From Torpedo marmorata (taxonomy: Eukaryota), in the NCBI GenBank assembly GCA_977017645.1, contig OZ360230.1:65782001-65846000 (forward strand): a stretch of 64,000 nt of DNA. Direction: 5' to 3'. The translations under genes were made by a program, and so were the position numbers. Position 1 is the stretch's first letter, and each line of letters starts with the position of its first letter. A model generated the notes under the pieces. It made no database searches, was not told the DNA's origin, and saw only the letters and a program-made list of their open reading frames with translations. Below, in pieces: positions 52,301 to 64,000 of the stretch.

Positions 52301-53166
52301 GGATCTGGACCAGCTGGTAAAATGGGCTGAAAAGTGGCAGATGGAATTTAATGCAGACAAGTGTGAGGTGTTGCATTTTGGAAGGACTAACCAAGAAAGG
52401 ACATACACGGTAAATGGTAGGGCACTGAGGAGTGCGGTAGAACAGAGGGATCTGGGAATACAGATACATAATTCCCTGAAAGTGGCATCACAGGTGGATA
52501 GGGTTGTAAAGAGAGCTTTTGGCATATTGGCCTTCATATATCAAAGTATTGAGTATAGGAGCTGGGATGTTATGGTAAAGTTGTATAAGACATTGGTGAG
52601 GCCAAATTTGGAGTACTGTGTGCAGTTTTGGTCACCTAACTACAGGAAAGATATCAATAAGATTGAAAGAGTGCAGAGAAGATTTACTGGGATGTTGCCC
52701 GGACTTCAGGAACTGAGTTACAGGGAAAGGTTAAACAGGTTCGGACTTTATTCCCTGGAGCGTAGATGAGGGGAGATTTGATAGAGATATTTAAAATTAT
52801 GAGGGGGATAGACAGAGTAAATGTAGATAGGCTTTTTCCACTGAGGGTAGGTGAGATATAAACCAGAGGACATGGGTTAAGAGTGAAAGGGGAAAAGTTT
52901 AGGGGGAACATGAGGGGGAACTTCTTCACTCAGAGAGTGGTGGGAGTGTGGAATGAGCTGCCAGCTGAAGTGGTGAATGTGGGCTCAATTTTAACATTTA
53001 AGATGAATTTGGACAGGCACATGGATGGGAGATGGATGGAGGGCTACGGGCGAGGGATGGAGGGCTATGGGCAGGGTGCAGGTCAGTGGGACTAGGAAAA
53101 AAATGGTTTGGCACAGACTAGAGGGGCCGAGGTGGCTTGTTTCTGTGCTGTAATTGTTCTATGGTT
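49312..53166 (+). mobile_element. Most complete CR1 in the window: ORF1 SGNH esterase (49336-49944) + frameshifted ORF2 + tail
   Basis: VIGDS, HVGTND and DGLH SGNH blocks; APE and RT motifs; GTTCTATGGTTC tail. Confidence 0.95.
51869..52110 (-). mobile_element. 5S rRNA-derived SINE, copy 3 (longest 5' end)
   Basis: Same sequence as copies 1 and 2; splits CR1 QRV/DCFSDW with a few target bases lost relative to 10633-10663. Confidence 0.92.
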
Positions 53167-54106
53167 CCTTCACGAAATATAGCCGCTGGCGTGCCTTCTT
53201 CATGATTGCATCGACATGGAGGCCCCAGGATAGATTTTCAGAGATGTTGACACCCAGGAATTTGAAGTTCTTTACCCTTTCCACTGCTGACCCCTCAATG
53301 AGGACTGGTTTGTGTTCTCCTGGTTTCCCCTTCTTGAAGTCCACAATCAGTTCCTTGGTTTTGCTAACATTGAGTGCAAGGTTGTTGGTGTGACACCACT
53401 CAACTAGCTTATTTATCTCCCTCCTGTCTGCTTCCTCATTGCTGTCTCTGATTCTGCCGACGACAGTGGTGACAGTGGCATTTGAATTGTGCCTAGCCAT
53501 ACAGTCATGGGTGTAGAGAGAGTAGAGCAGTGGGCTAAGCACGCTTCTTTGAGGTGCATCTGCGTTGATTGTCAGTGAGGAGGAGATGTTGTTACTGGTT
53601 TGCACTGACTGTGGTCTCCTGATGAGGAAATCAAGGATCCAGTTGCAGAGGGAGATGCAGAGGCCCAGGTTTTGAAGCTTGCTGACCAGTACTGAGGGAA
53701 TGATGGTGTTGAAACCTGAGCTGTAATCAATGAAAAGCAATCTAATGTATGTGTTGCTTTTGTCTAGGTGATCCTGGGCTGAGTGGACATCCAGTGAGAT
53801 TGCATCTGCTGTGGAGTGATGCGAATTGCAGTGGGTGCAGGTCTTTACTTAGGTACGAGTTAATTCTGGCCATGACCAACCTCTCAAAGCATTTCATCAT
53901 AGTAGATGTGAGTGCTACTGGGTGATAGTCATTGAGGCAGCTCACTCTGCTCTTCTTGGGCACCGGTATGATTAATTCCCTTTTGAAGCAGGTGGGAACA
54001 TCCGAATGTAGCAGTGAGAGATTGAAAATGACCATGAACGCTCCAGCTAGTTGGTTGGCATATATTTTCAGTATCCTGCCAGATATGCCATCAGGGCCTG
54101 ATGCCT
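53167..54106 (-). mobile_element. Rex1/Babar RT fragment
   Basis: [53 protein letters not shown]. Confidence 0.9.
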
Positions 54107-54899
54107 GTTTAATGAGGCAGTCACCACTGATTACCTGGGCAGAAAATTCCACAGATTCACTACTCTGGGAAAACCAGTTCCTCCTCATCTCCATCCTTAA
54201 CCTACTTGTTTGAATCTTGAGGCTATGTCCCTGAGTTCTAGCTTTGCCTGCCTTGTAAAGTGGTGGCCAGAACGGCAGTGCTCAAGTCATGGTCTCATTA
54301 GTTTTGCGTTTAGTTCGAACAAACTCCCAGCTCTGTCTTATACCTTACAATAATAAGGTACACTTCCTGCCTGTGATTTTAACCATCTGGCCAACCATTC
54401 CTGACACCTTTCGGGATCTGTAGATATCCATCCCAAGGACCTGCTGTTCATCCATGCCATTCAATACCTTCCAATTTATTGTATATTCCCATGCCTTTGT
54501 TGTACCTCTCGAAATGTATGAAACTCTATTTCCTACACACCAAAGACAGACCCAAAATCATCTAACCTCTCCTGATAAAACAACTTTCTCATCCCAGGAA
54601 TTAGCCTGATGAACCTCCTGTGGACTGCTTCCAGTGCTACTATATCTTTATTTAAGGTAAAGGGACAGAAATGTGCACAACTTCAACACCCTGTACAACT
54701 GTAACAAGGTGTCCCTATTCTTAAATTCCAACCCCATTGAAATTAATGCCAAAATATCGTCTGTCTACGTAACTGCTTGTTGGACCCGCTTGCTAGCTTT
54801 TCATGATTCATTCACTGGAACAACTACATCCCTCTGCATTTCACTCATTTGCAGCCTCTCTTCCTTTAAATAGTCATCTGCAATTGATTCCACTTACCG

Positions 54900-56100
54900 A
54901 AGTACATGAGGTCACACCTATCACAAGTAGGACCTGGACCCACTTCAATTCATCTACTGTCACAGTAGGTCAACGGCAGATGCCATCTCACTGGCTCTCC
55001 ACTCTGCGTTAAATCACGGAGACCACAGGAACACCTACGTCAGGCTTTTGTTTGCTGACTACAGCTCGGCACTCAACACCATCATACCAGCAAAGGATCT
55101 GGGATTCTATCCCTCTGCAACTGGATCCTAGCATAGTTCAGCTCCAATTCAATCTATACATTTGCTGATGACATTGTCATTGTTGGCCGAATAACATGAA
55201 ATGACAAGTCAGAATAGAGAATGGAAATCGAGAATCTGGTTGGGTGGTGCCAGAACAACAATCAAGCTTTCAATGTCTCCAAGACCAAGGAGTTAATTTT
55301 AGGAAGGAGAGGCTGAGGGAGCACATATCTGTCTGCATTGATGGGATAGAGGCGGAGAGGGTTAGACCCTTCAAGTTCCGGGGAGTCCACATTTCAGAGG
55401 ACCTCTCCTGGAGCCAGCACATCAAGGTAACCGTGAAGATGGCACACTAACACCTTTACTTTCTAAGGTTTTTGAAGAGATTTGGTATGTCGTTGAATAC
55501 TCTATCAAACTTCGACAAGAGCACTGTGGAAAGTATACCAACTGGTTGTATCACAGCCTGGTTTGAAATTGCACTTCCCAGGAATGCGGAAGACTGCAGA
55601 GGGTAGCAAACATAGCCAGGTCCATCACAGGCTCCGACCTCCCATCCACATAATGCATCTACATGAGGCGCTGCCTTCTCAAGAAGGCAGCCAACATCAT
55701 AAAAGACCCCCATCACCCTGGTCACAACCTCTTCTCACTGCTACATTCAGGCAGAAGGTACAGAAGCCTGAAGACCAGCACCTCTAGGTTCAAGAACAGT
55801 TTCTTTCCAACAGCTATCAGGCTCAAACCTCCCCTTGTTACATGAATCAGGGACTGCTCCAACACCACAAAAAGACCATCTGCAATATTGCTATCACCTT
55901 TTTTAAATGAGGATAACCGTGAATATTTATTATTTAGCTATTTTTGTATTTATTGTCTCTTTAATTCAATTAAGTACTATTATGGTGTTTTTTATTGTTT
56001 TTACAGTTGCGGTTTTTCTTTACAAAATACTTGTTCAGCGGTAGCAAGCAAGAATGTTGGTGCTTATGTACATTGTACCATGTGCATAATGAATAAATTC
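54900..56100 (+). mobile_element. Decayed Rex1/Babar
   Basis: [42 protein letters not shown]. Confidence 0.85.
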
Positions 56101-56544
56101 ATCAGCATACTTCTCCACCTTAAGCTTCCTTTGCCAGATTTTCGCCCAACCTGTCATTATCCCTTTGCAGAATCATGATGTCCTCATCACAACATGCCTT
56201 TCCACTGATTATTCTAATCGTAATGCTTTTGGGGCTTGGACCCCAGTTAATTAGGGTGACTGAAATCCACTACTTTAATTGGTCCAACTTTAATGCATGC
56301 CACACAGCCTCAATTCTCGCACTTAACACATTACAGTATTCATTTTCACAGTTATAACCGTTCCTTTAATTTCAAAGCAATGTTTTTTTTTTAAATCCCC
56401 TGCTCGTCTGAAAACCTGTAACGAGGAACAATTATTCAGCCTTTCCTGTTTAACCCGTGTTTCAATAATCACAAAGATACCATACTTTTGAACTTGGAAA
56501 ACAACCCATCAAATTCCTTCTGGACGGATTTAAACCCAACGCCA

Positions 56545-56842
56545 TGATCACTGACTTCTCTACTTTTAGGTAACCCTCACCTTCAGTCCTGCACTTATTT
56601 TACTCTTTCTTTCCCCAACTTTTCTTTCTTCATCCTAATGGTTTCTCCCTCTACCCGTCTCCATTTCTCACACCTCCTGTCCTATTACGACCTCTGGGCC
56701 CCTCCCCCAGCTTCCTTTCCCCTTTATACATGTAATATTACTGATTCTATATTAGTCTTGATGAAGAGTCCAGAGCTGAAACATTGACTGACCATTTCTA
56801 CCCATAAATGCTTTCTCACCTGGTGAGTTCCTTCAGCAATTA
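56545..56842 (+). mobile_element. Old Penelope 3' end / pLTR
   Basis: Pyrimidine tract then TTGATGAAGAG..GAAACATTGAC..CCTGGTGAGTTCCTTCAGCA. Confidence 0.65.
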
Positions 56843-57870
56843 GAACATAGAACTCTACAGCACAGTCCAGGCCCTTCGGCCCACAGTGTTGTGTTGCCCT
56901 AATAACCGACTCTAACAACTGCCTAGAATTTTTCAGCTACTCTATCTATGCCCCTTATAATCTTCCATTTTTCTCAGCTCCATGTACCTGTCTAATAGTC
57001 TCTTAAAAGTTCCTATTGTACCTGCCTCCACAACCGTTGCCAACAGTGCACCCACCACTCTCTGTGTGAAAAACGTACCTCTTGCATCCCCCAGTACTTA
57101 CTTCCAAGCACCTTAAAACTATGCTCCTTTGTGTTGGCCATTGCAGCCTTGGGGGGAAAAGCCTCTGACCATCCTTGATCAATGCCTGTCATCATCTTGT
57201 ACACCTCTATCATTTCACCCCTCATCCTCCGTCGCTTGAAGGAGAAAAGTCCAAATTCACTCAACCTGTCCTCATAAGCCATGCTCTTCAATCCAGGTAA
57301 CATCCTTGTAAATCTCCTCTGCACCCCCTCTATAGCATCCACATCTTTCCTGAAATGAAGTGACCAAAACTGAACGTAATATTCCAAGTGGGGCCTAACC
57401 AAGGTCTTGTACAGCTGTAACATTACCTCATGGCTCTTGAACTTGATACCATGGCTAATTAAGACCAACACACCAAGTTCGAAATGTACTGGGGATGTAG
57501 GTTAATTGGGTGTAAATTGGGCAGCTCGGACCCGTGAGCCGAAATGGCCTGTTACCGTGCTGCATGTCTAAACACCATGTCCCTTCTTCACAACACTATG
57601 AACCTGTGCAGCAGCTTTGAATGTCCTATGGATACGGACCTCAAGATCTCTCAGTTCACCCACACTGCTCAGATTCCTCCCATTAACATTGAATTCTGCC
57701 TTCAGATTTTTGAAATGAACCACTTCACACTTTTCTGGGTTAAACTCCATCCGCCACTTCTCAGCCCGGCTCTACATCCTATCAATAAACCTCTGTAACC
57801 TCTGGCAATCCTCCAGACTATCCGCAACACCACCAACATTTGTGTCATTCGCAAACTTACGAACCCACCT
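56843..57870 (-). mobile_element. CR1 3' region
   Basis: LYKTLVRPHLEYYVQFWS; MEFNPEKCEV; AGAACATAGAAC reverse tail. Confidence 0.88.
57477..57572 (+). mobile_element. 5'-truncated HE1-like SINE tail
   Basis: Matches 60225-60320. Confidence 0.8.
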
Positions 57871-58939
57871 TTGAGTTAGAAAACAAATTCTTTGTTTGCT
57901 CAACATTCCAGGATCTGCGGCTTTTGTGTTTCTCATACTTTTCTGTGTATGTCTGTGACCTCAGCTCTGCTGCCTTATGCATTATACCCTTTGCATTTGG
58001 ACATACACTATAAAGCATGCCAGTCTTCTCGATAATGTATTGTGGAGGAGGGTGCTCAAAGGACAAGCTGAGAAATGAAAGATTGATCAACAGGAGGTTT
58101 AAACGGGAGAAACAGAACGAACACCTGAAATTCCCCAAATAAAAAATGAATATCAGTTGCTTCTCCCATTGAAACTTCCTGTCCATCAATTTTCGATTGC
58201 TCAGCTTGCCCCTTGAACACATTCTTCTATACTGAAAATCCAAATAAAAATTGAAAATGCTGAAACAGTCAGCAGGCGAGCCAGCATCTATGGAGAGTGA
58301 AAACGAATTCATAAAAAAATATGGTGTGAGGAATCCATCTTATGAGATCAAAAACTAACAGGAGAAAGGAAGACTTGTCAAAAACATGGCCTGTCTCTCT
58401 GCCAGAACAGATGTGGCAACACTGGAAAAACTGGGGGAATGGAATCGAACCGTTACAGGCAGCAGCGGGAGAGGACCTCCAGACAAGTACAAGGTAATGC
58501 ACTTCCAGACGTCAAATACCAACAGGGACCTCAGAAATGATGATGTACAGAGGGATCTCGGAGTTCATAAATCCCTAAAATGGATATGGTTATGTATAAG
58601 GCATTTGGCATGTTTTCCCTCACAAGTGAAGACACTGAATGTAAGAGTTGAGACATCATGATGAATTGGAACGTCATGCCACACTTGGTGTATTGTGTAG
58701 AGTTCTCGTTCCCATGCGACAGAAAGGAATGCTACTTGGAATGGGGAGCTGTAGTTATGAGGAAAGACTTGATAGGCTGAGTTTGTTCTCACTGGAACGC
58801 AGGAGGAGGAGGGGTGACCTAACAGAGGTTTATAAAATTATAAGGGGCATAGACAGGGTAGACAGTCAGTCTCGTTCCCAGGATTAGAGGAGAAATTTAA
58901 AGGGGACCTGAGGGAAAAGTATTTCACACAGAGGGTAGG

Positions 58940-59214
58940 AGTAAAACACGAAAGTCTGCAGACCCCGTGGCTGTAGTAAAAACACAATGCTGGAGATACT
59001 CAGCAGGACAAACAGTGTACTTTATAGAGCAAAGATAAAGATATACATAACCAATGTTTCGGGCTTGAGCCCTTCATCAAGGTACGAGCAAAATGTAGGC
59101 AGGCGCATACCTTGATGAAGGGCTCAAGCCTGAAACGTCGGTTATGTATCTTTATCTTTGCTCTATAAAGTACACCGTTTGACCTGCTGAGTTTCTTCAG
59201 CACTGTGCTTTTAC
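58940..59214. mobile_element. Penelope pLTR fold-back element with two hammerhead-like motifs
   Basis: Arms ~58975-59084 and 59108-59214 are reverse complements; TTCACACAGAGG repeated at 58923-58934 / 59215-59226. Confidence 0.88.
59108..59145 (+). ncRNA. Putative minimal type I hammerhead ribozyme motif (C3U variant)
   Basis: ATACC-TTGATGA-A-GGGC TCAA GCCT-GAAAC-GTC-GGTTAT: helix I, core, helix II, palindromic ACGT helix III. Confidence 0.6.
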
Positions 59215-59836
59215 TTCACACAGAGGATGGTGGTATGTGGAATGAGCTGCGCGGGGAGGTGATCGAGGCTGATACAACTTTTAAAAGGCATTTGGGTAGG
59301 AAAGGAGCAGAGGGTCTAATGCAGGCAAACAGGATTATTACCGTAGGCAGGCATGACAGTTGGCATGGTCGAGTTGAACAAGGTGGGACGAAGGGCCTGG
59401 TTCTGTGCTGGATAGCTCTATTACTCTAAATATCATTGAAGATTGCTCCCAGCATTTTCTGGTTTTATTTTGTGACATGTTATCTCTTTTTTTATTTCCC
59501 TACATACAATTTCTGGCCTGCTCAGTAATTCCAGGGTCTACTATTGTTCATCTCAATCTCACCCTTAAAGTTAAATCTGTACAGTTCAACCATCACTCCG
59601 CCGCGGTGTCTAGGAAACTTGAGACAATTAATCCATCTTGCAGCCAAAAAATGGTTGATGGACTCATGATAAAATTTAATAGTTGAAATGATGCAAACAA
59701 GCAGAATGGACCCTCAAACAAGTTAGTGAAGTATTCATTAAGATCAGGGTGGTATTAGTGGGGCCCAGGCATTTAGGAATAACAGAGGCGCACGGGTTTT
59801 CAGGAGTAACAGCAGGGTAATGGAAGCGAATCCATT

Positions 59837-59871
59837 CAGAATCAGAATTTATTGTCATGAACAAGTCATGA
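59837..59871 (-). mobile_element. Minimal Rex1 3' tail insertion
   Basis: CAGAATCAGAATTTATTGTCATGAAC identical to 48788-48813. Confidence 0.7.
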
Positions 59872-60082
59872 ATAGCATCCAGATAATTGAGGGGTGCAGT
59901 GAGCAGGGGAGTGAGTGAAATGCTGAGGATGAGCAGTGGGACGGCAACTACGCTCCATAAAAATCAACGCGATAAGGGCAAAGACAGGAAAATGAAGGAC
60001 ATTTTCTGAAAGGGAAGAGGAACAGAATCCAAAAATTTCTGGATGCATCATCGAGTTATGTAATCTCGGACTGTGTGATATT

Positions 60083-60340
60083 GGCATAGCACTGTTGGCG
60101 TAGCGGTTAGCGCAACGCCTTTTCAGCGCCAGCAATCAGGACCGGGGTTCGAATCCCGCACTGTCTGTAAGGAGTTTGTACGTTCTGCGTGGGTTTTCCC
60201 CGAGGACTCCGGTTTCCTCCCACCGTTCGAAATGTACCGGGGGTGTAGGTTAATTGGGTGTAAATTGGGTGCCACGGACTCGTGGGCCGAAATGGCCTGT
60301 TACCGTGCTGTATGTCTAAAGTAAAAAAATTTTAAATTAT
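60083..60340 (+). mobile_element. tRNA-derived V-SINE (HE1-like)
   Basis: TGGCGTAGCGG A box, GGTTCGAATCC B box, V-domain, CR1-like tail. Confidence 0.92.
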
Positions 60341-61295
60341 AAACATTCCTAGCAGTTAATAATTTGAATCCCATGATGAGGTTGGTTTCTTCTAACTCAT
60401 TCCCAGCTGCTTGGATTACGTGGTATTACTTTCAATAAATATTCAATAAAGTCTTAATAAGTGATTCTCTCAAATCTGCATCAAAGTTTAAACTCTGGTC
60501 TGATGCAGGCAGGCTGTTTCCACTCTTGATATGATCCCTTTGACACTCGACTCTCAGGCTCTTTCTGCTTTTAGCCCTGAGTGTCTATTACTGCTGACTG
60601 GACACCAATAACACCAAGGAAACAGACATTTCAGAGGGCAGACACTGAGATTAGACTCTAGTTCTAATGGAAGGCAGTTTCATATTGGTAGCAATTTCAG
60701 ATTTCCACATCAATACTGTTTTTAGATTAGATCAGGTTTTAGATTATATCAGACTAGATCATTAAAATGGAATACAAATCTGGTGTAATGACATGAGAAC
60801 ACAAGAAATGGAAGCCAAAAGAGGTCAATAAGCCTCACGAATCTGTCCTGCCAATTAATAAGAACATGGTGATCTGCTTCTACCCACCTTTCCTCCACAT
60901 GCCCATATTTTCGATTTACTTCATGTCCAAAAATCTGTTTACATAAGTCTTGAATACCCGCATCAAATTCCAATGCTTTACAACCCTATATGTAAAGAAA
61001 TTGCTCCTTATTTCAGTCTTAATGGCAGAGAGTTTACCTTGGGACCATACACATATACTGCAGTTTTTTTTAAATTAATTTTTTTTAAAATATTTTATTT
61101 AAAATTTTAAATCACAAAATACACAAGATAAAATATAAAATTGTCAAAATACATGTGATACATTTTCACCCCCCCGATGCCTCCCTCCCCTCCCTAACCC
61201 TCTGACCCCTTCTAATCTAATAAAAATAAAAAGAAAGAAAGAAGGAAAAAGATAGTATAAGGAGAATGTCAATCTAAAAAATACATCAATAACTA

Positions 61296-62158
61296 CCGTA
61301 TATTTCGGCGTATAAGTCGACCGGCGTATAAGTCGACCCCCCTTTTTCAGCCTCATTTTAATGGTTTTATGGTATATCCGGCGTATAAGTCGACCCCAAA
61401 AATCTCGATGCCTGAGATGTTGCGCATTGACCGGCGTATAAGTCGACCCCCAATTTTCAGGCTGTCTGGGCCTCCCAGCAACAACCCAAAATTTGTTACA
61501 ACATCCCAATCGCCAAGTAACAAAGCTGTAAATTAAGCAAGTACCGGTAAGTAAAAAAAACAGTAAAATAAACCTTTGCTTCTGGCCGGGAAGATGCAGG
61601 TGCGGCGACGTCTTTCTCCCGAGCAGGAGCGGGGACTCATTCTCCCGAGCAGTAGCGGGGAGCTCGTTCTCCCAGGCAGGAACGGGGAGCTCGTTCTCCC
61701 GAGCAGTAGCGGGGAGCTCGTTCTCCCGAGCAGGAACGGGGAGCTCATTCTCCCAGGCAGGAACGGGGAGCTCGTTCTCCCAGGCAGGAACGGGGAGCTC
61801 GTTCTCCCGAGCAGTAGCGGGGAGCTCGTTCTCCCAGGCAGGAACGGGGAGCTCGTTCTCCCGGGTAGGAGCGGGGAGCTCAGGCTCTACAATTGTAGAA
61901 TGTCTGGGTGGTTTATGGCGGCGCCCGGCAGTGGGGAGGTGTCGGGGAGCGGCGGCGCCGGCGGTGGGGAGGCGCTTCCAGGGTCGACCTATACGCCGAA
62001 TCGTGTTTTCAGGGGTCGACTTATACGCCGAATCGGCGTGAACTCGATTTTGAGCTGATTTTAAGGTCTCAAAAGTATATCCGGCGTATAAGTCGACCCC
62101 CGTTTTTTGAGACATTTTTGAGGGTTTCAAGGGTCGACTTATACGCCGAAATATACGG
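61296..62158. mobile_element. Tc1/mariner superfamily (Tc2/pogo-like) non-autonomous DNA transposon
   Basis: Perfect TIR CCGTATATTTCGGCGTATAAGTCGACC; TA duplicated at 61294-61295 / 62159-62160. Confidence 0.92.
61613..61881. repeat. 27-bp minisatellite, ~10 units (GTTCTCCCRRGCAGKARCGGGGAGCTC)
   Basis: Direct reading of the units; 9-aa periodicity in the overlapping ORFs. Confidence 0.95.
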
Positions 62159-64000
62159 TAATTTTATTATGGAGGATAGGTTCGCCAGTCAGATCCAATG
62201 TCCAGAGATCTTCAAATCCTTAAACCAACAACTTTAATATAAGGGCTCCATATTTTCAAAAAGAAATGATATTTATTACATAAATTATAAGTAATTTTTT
62301 CAAGTGGTATACAAGAATGAAGTTCTGCATGCCATCTTTCTAACCCAAAATCTACATCAGATTTCCAAGTAATAGCAATACATTTCTTAGAAACAGCTAA
62401 AGCGATTCGCAAAAATTCTATTTGATACATATTTAATTTCATCTTAATACTAACTCTTTTAATATCACCAAACAAAAATATCATAGTGTCCATTGGGAAT
62501 GTAATTTTTAATACTTTATCTAAAACGTTTTTAACTTTCAACCAAAAATCATAAACTTTTGGACAAAACCATGTAGAATGTACGAAAGAACCTTCCTCTC
62601 TATTACATCTAAAACATAAACCTGATAATGTCGCATTAAATTTCTTTAACTTTTTAGGTGTTAAATATAATTGATGAAAAAAATTATATTGAACTAATCT
62701 ATATCTAACATTAATAATCTTCGTCATACTTAATTTACATAGTTCTTTCCAATGATCTTCATCTATTGTTACATTCAAATCTAATTCCCACTTTAATCTT
62801 AATTTATGAATTCCTATTTTAGGGATTTTTCTCTGAAACAATCTATACATTTGGGAAATAAATTTATTTACACTCCCGTTAGTAACTAATAATTCTAACT
62901 CACTCTGTCTTGGTAGAATCAAATTATAACCTAATTTCCAAACTAAATGCTCTAATTTGATAATAAGCAAAAAGTGTATCATCCAATATATTGAACTTAT
63001 CTTTCATTCTTTGGAAAGTATTAAATTTACCAGCTTCAAAACAGTCATTTATTTTCTTAATTCCTTTTTGAAACCAAATTTTAAATAATTATTTATCGAC
63101 AGTAAATGGAATAAGTTCATTTTGATATAGAGGCATTTTTGGAGAAATCAACCCTTTTCCTCCTATCTCCCTATCCACTCTATTCCATATTTCTAACAAA
63201 TGTTGAAAAATAGGAGAGTTCTTCCTTCTAGTTAATATTAATTTAGAACTCAATTTATAAATAACTTCTTCTTTGAAATCTTCTCCTATATTATTTAATT
63301 CTATTTTAATCCAAGCAGAAGACTTAGTTAAATCAAAGAATTCATTAACAAATTTTAGTTGAGCTGCTTTATAATAATTTTGAAAATTAGGAAGTTGTAA
63401 ACCACCCATTTCATAATTCCAAGTTAATTTCTCTATACCTACCCTAGCCAACTTTCCTTTCCACAAAAACTTCCTAATAATTAAATTTAAATCTTTTTTA
63501 AAATTTTGAGGGATTTCATAAGGAATTGATTGAAAAAGATATTGAATTCTTGGAAAAACCTTCATTTTAATACAATTTACCCTTCCCATTAAAGTTATAG
63601 GTAAATCCTTCCAACTCTCTAAATCTTTTTTAATTTTCATAAATAATGGTAAATAATTTAATTTATATAAATTAGCTAATTTTGTATCAATCTTTATTCC
63701 CAAATATTTAATTCCTTCTTTTGCCCATTTAAATTGTGTAATTTCTTTACATTTACTATAATCCCCTTGCATTAATGCCATAATTTCACTTTTATCAGAA
63801 TTAATCTTATAACCAGATATTTCCCCGTATTCTCTCAATAAAGCAGTCAATTGTATTAAAGAAGTAATAGGCTTTGTCATATAAATCAATACATTATCTG
63901 CAAATAAACTAATTTTATGCTCTTCTCTTCCGACTTTAATACCTGCAATCTTAATATCTTGTCTAATTAATTCTACCAAAGGTTCTATTGCTAAAGTAAA

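Larger units (their letters stand above)
58390..59420 (+). mobile_element. Decayed CR1 3' region hosting a Penelope fold-back
   Basis: SYEERLDRLSLFSLERRRRRGDLTEVYK. Confidence 0.8.
61064..64000 (-). mobile_element. AT-rich L1-like LINE running off the window end, with a MITE in its 3' UTR
   Basis: ORFs 63089-63979 and 62212-62982 closely match 36567-38909; AATAAA and A-rich tail at 61064-61100. Confidence 0.95.

Noticed and set aside
53034-53077. 21-bp tandem duplication in the CR1 3' end (and a 20-bp one at ~960-1000)
   Set aside because: Ordinary slippage duplications with no evidence of function
8655-53166. Segmental duplication between 8655-11671 and 49800-53166
   Set aside because: Similarity ends at the CR1 boundaries and the flanks differ; independent insertions of one subfamily
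61613-61881. CRISPR-like array of palindromic repeats
   Set aside because: Units are contiguous 27-mers with no unique spacers, there are no cas genes, the context is eukaryotic, and the array lies inside a TIR element
61144-62130. 328-aa ORF with ENELP repeats
   Set aside because: Produced by a stop-free minisatellite and crosses the MITE/L1 boundary; no transposase motifs

Overview
Eukaryotic, almost entirely transposon-derived DNA, most likely from a cartilaginous fish (inferred from HE1/V-SINE-like tRNA SINEs, shark-type CR1 LINEs, Rex1/Babar, RTE and Penelope). I found no host gene I can support, and no prokaryotic features or CRISPR. The ORF track is explained by decayed CR1, AT-rich L1/Tx1-like, Rex1/Babar, RTE and Penelope coding remnants, many nested in one another with readable target-site duplications (TSDs). 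Also present: a Gypsy-like solo LTR, a hAT MITE and a Tc2/pogo-like MITE carrying a 27-bp minisatellite. Most interesting: (1) a 5S-rRNA-headed SINE (3 copies) and a ~790-bp CpG-rich non-coding element (2 copies) share one Rex1-like 3' tail, suggesting a modular non-autonomous system; (2) Penelope-derived fold-back elements carry minimal UUGAUGA-variant hammerhead motifs on both strands; (3) an L1 is flanked by a 108-bp duplication; (4) a 28-bp locally templated patch sits at a CR1 5' junction. All alignments and coordinates were read by eye, so boundaries are approximate.
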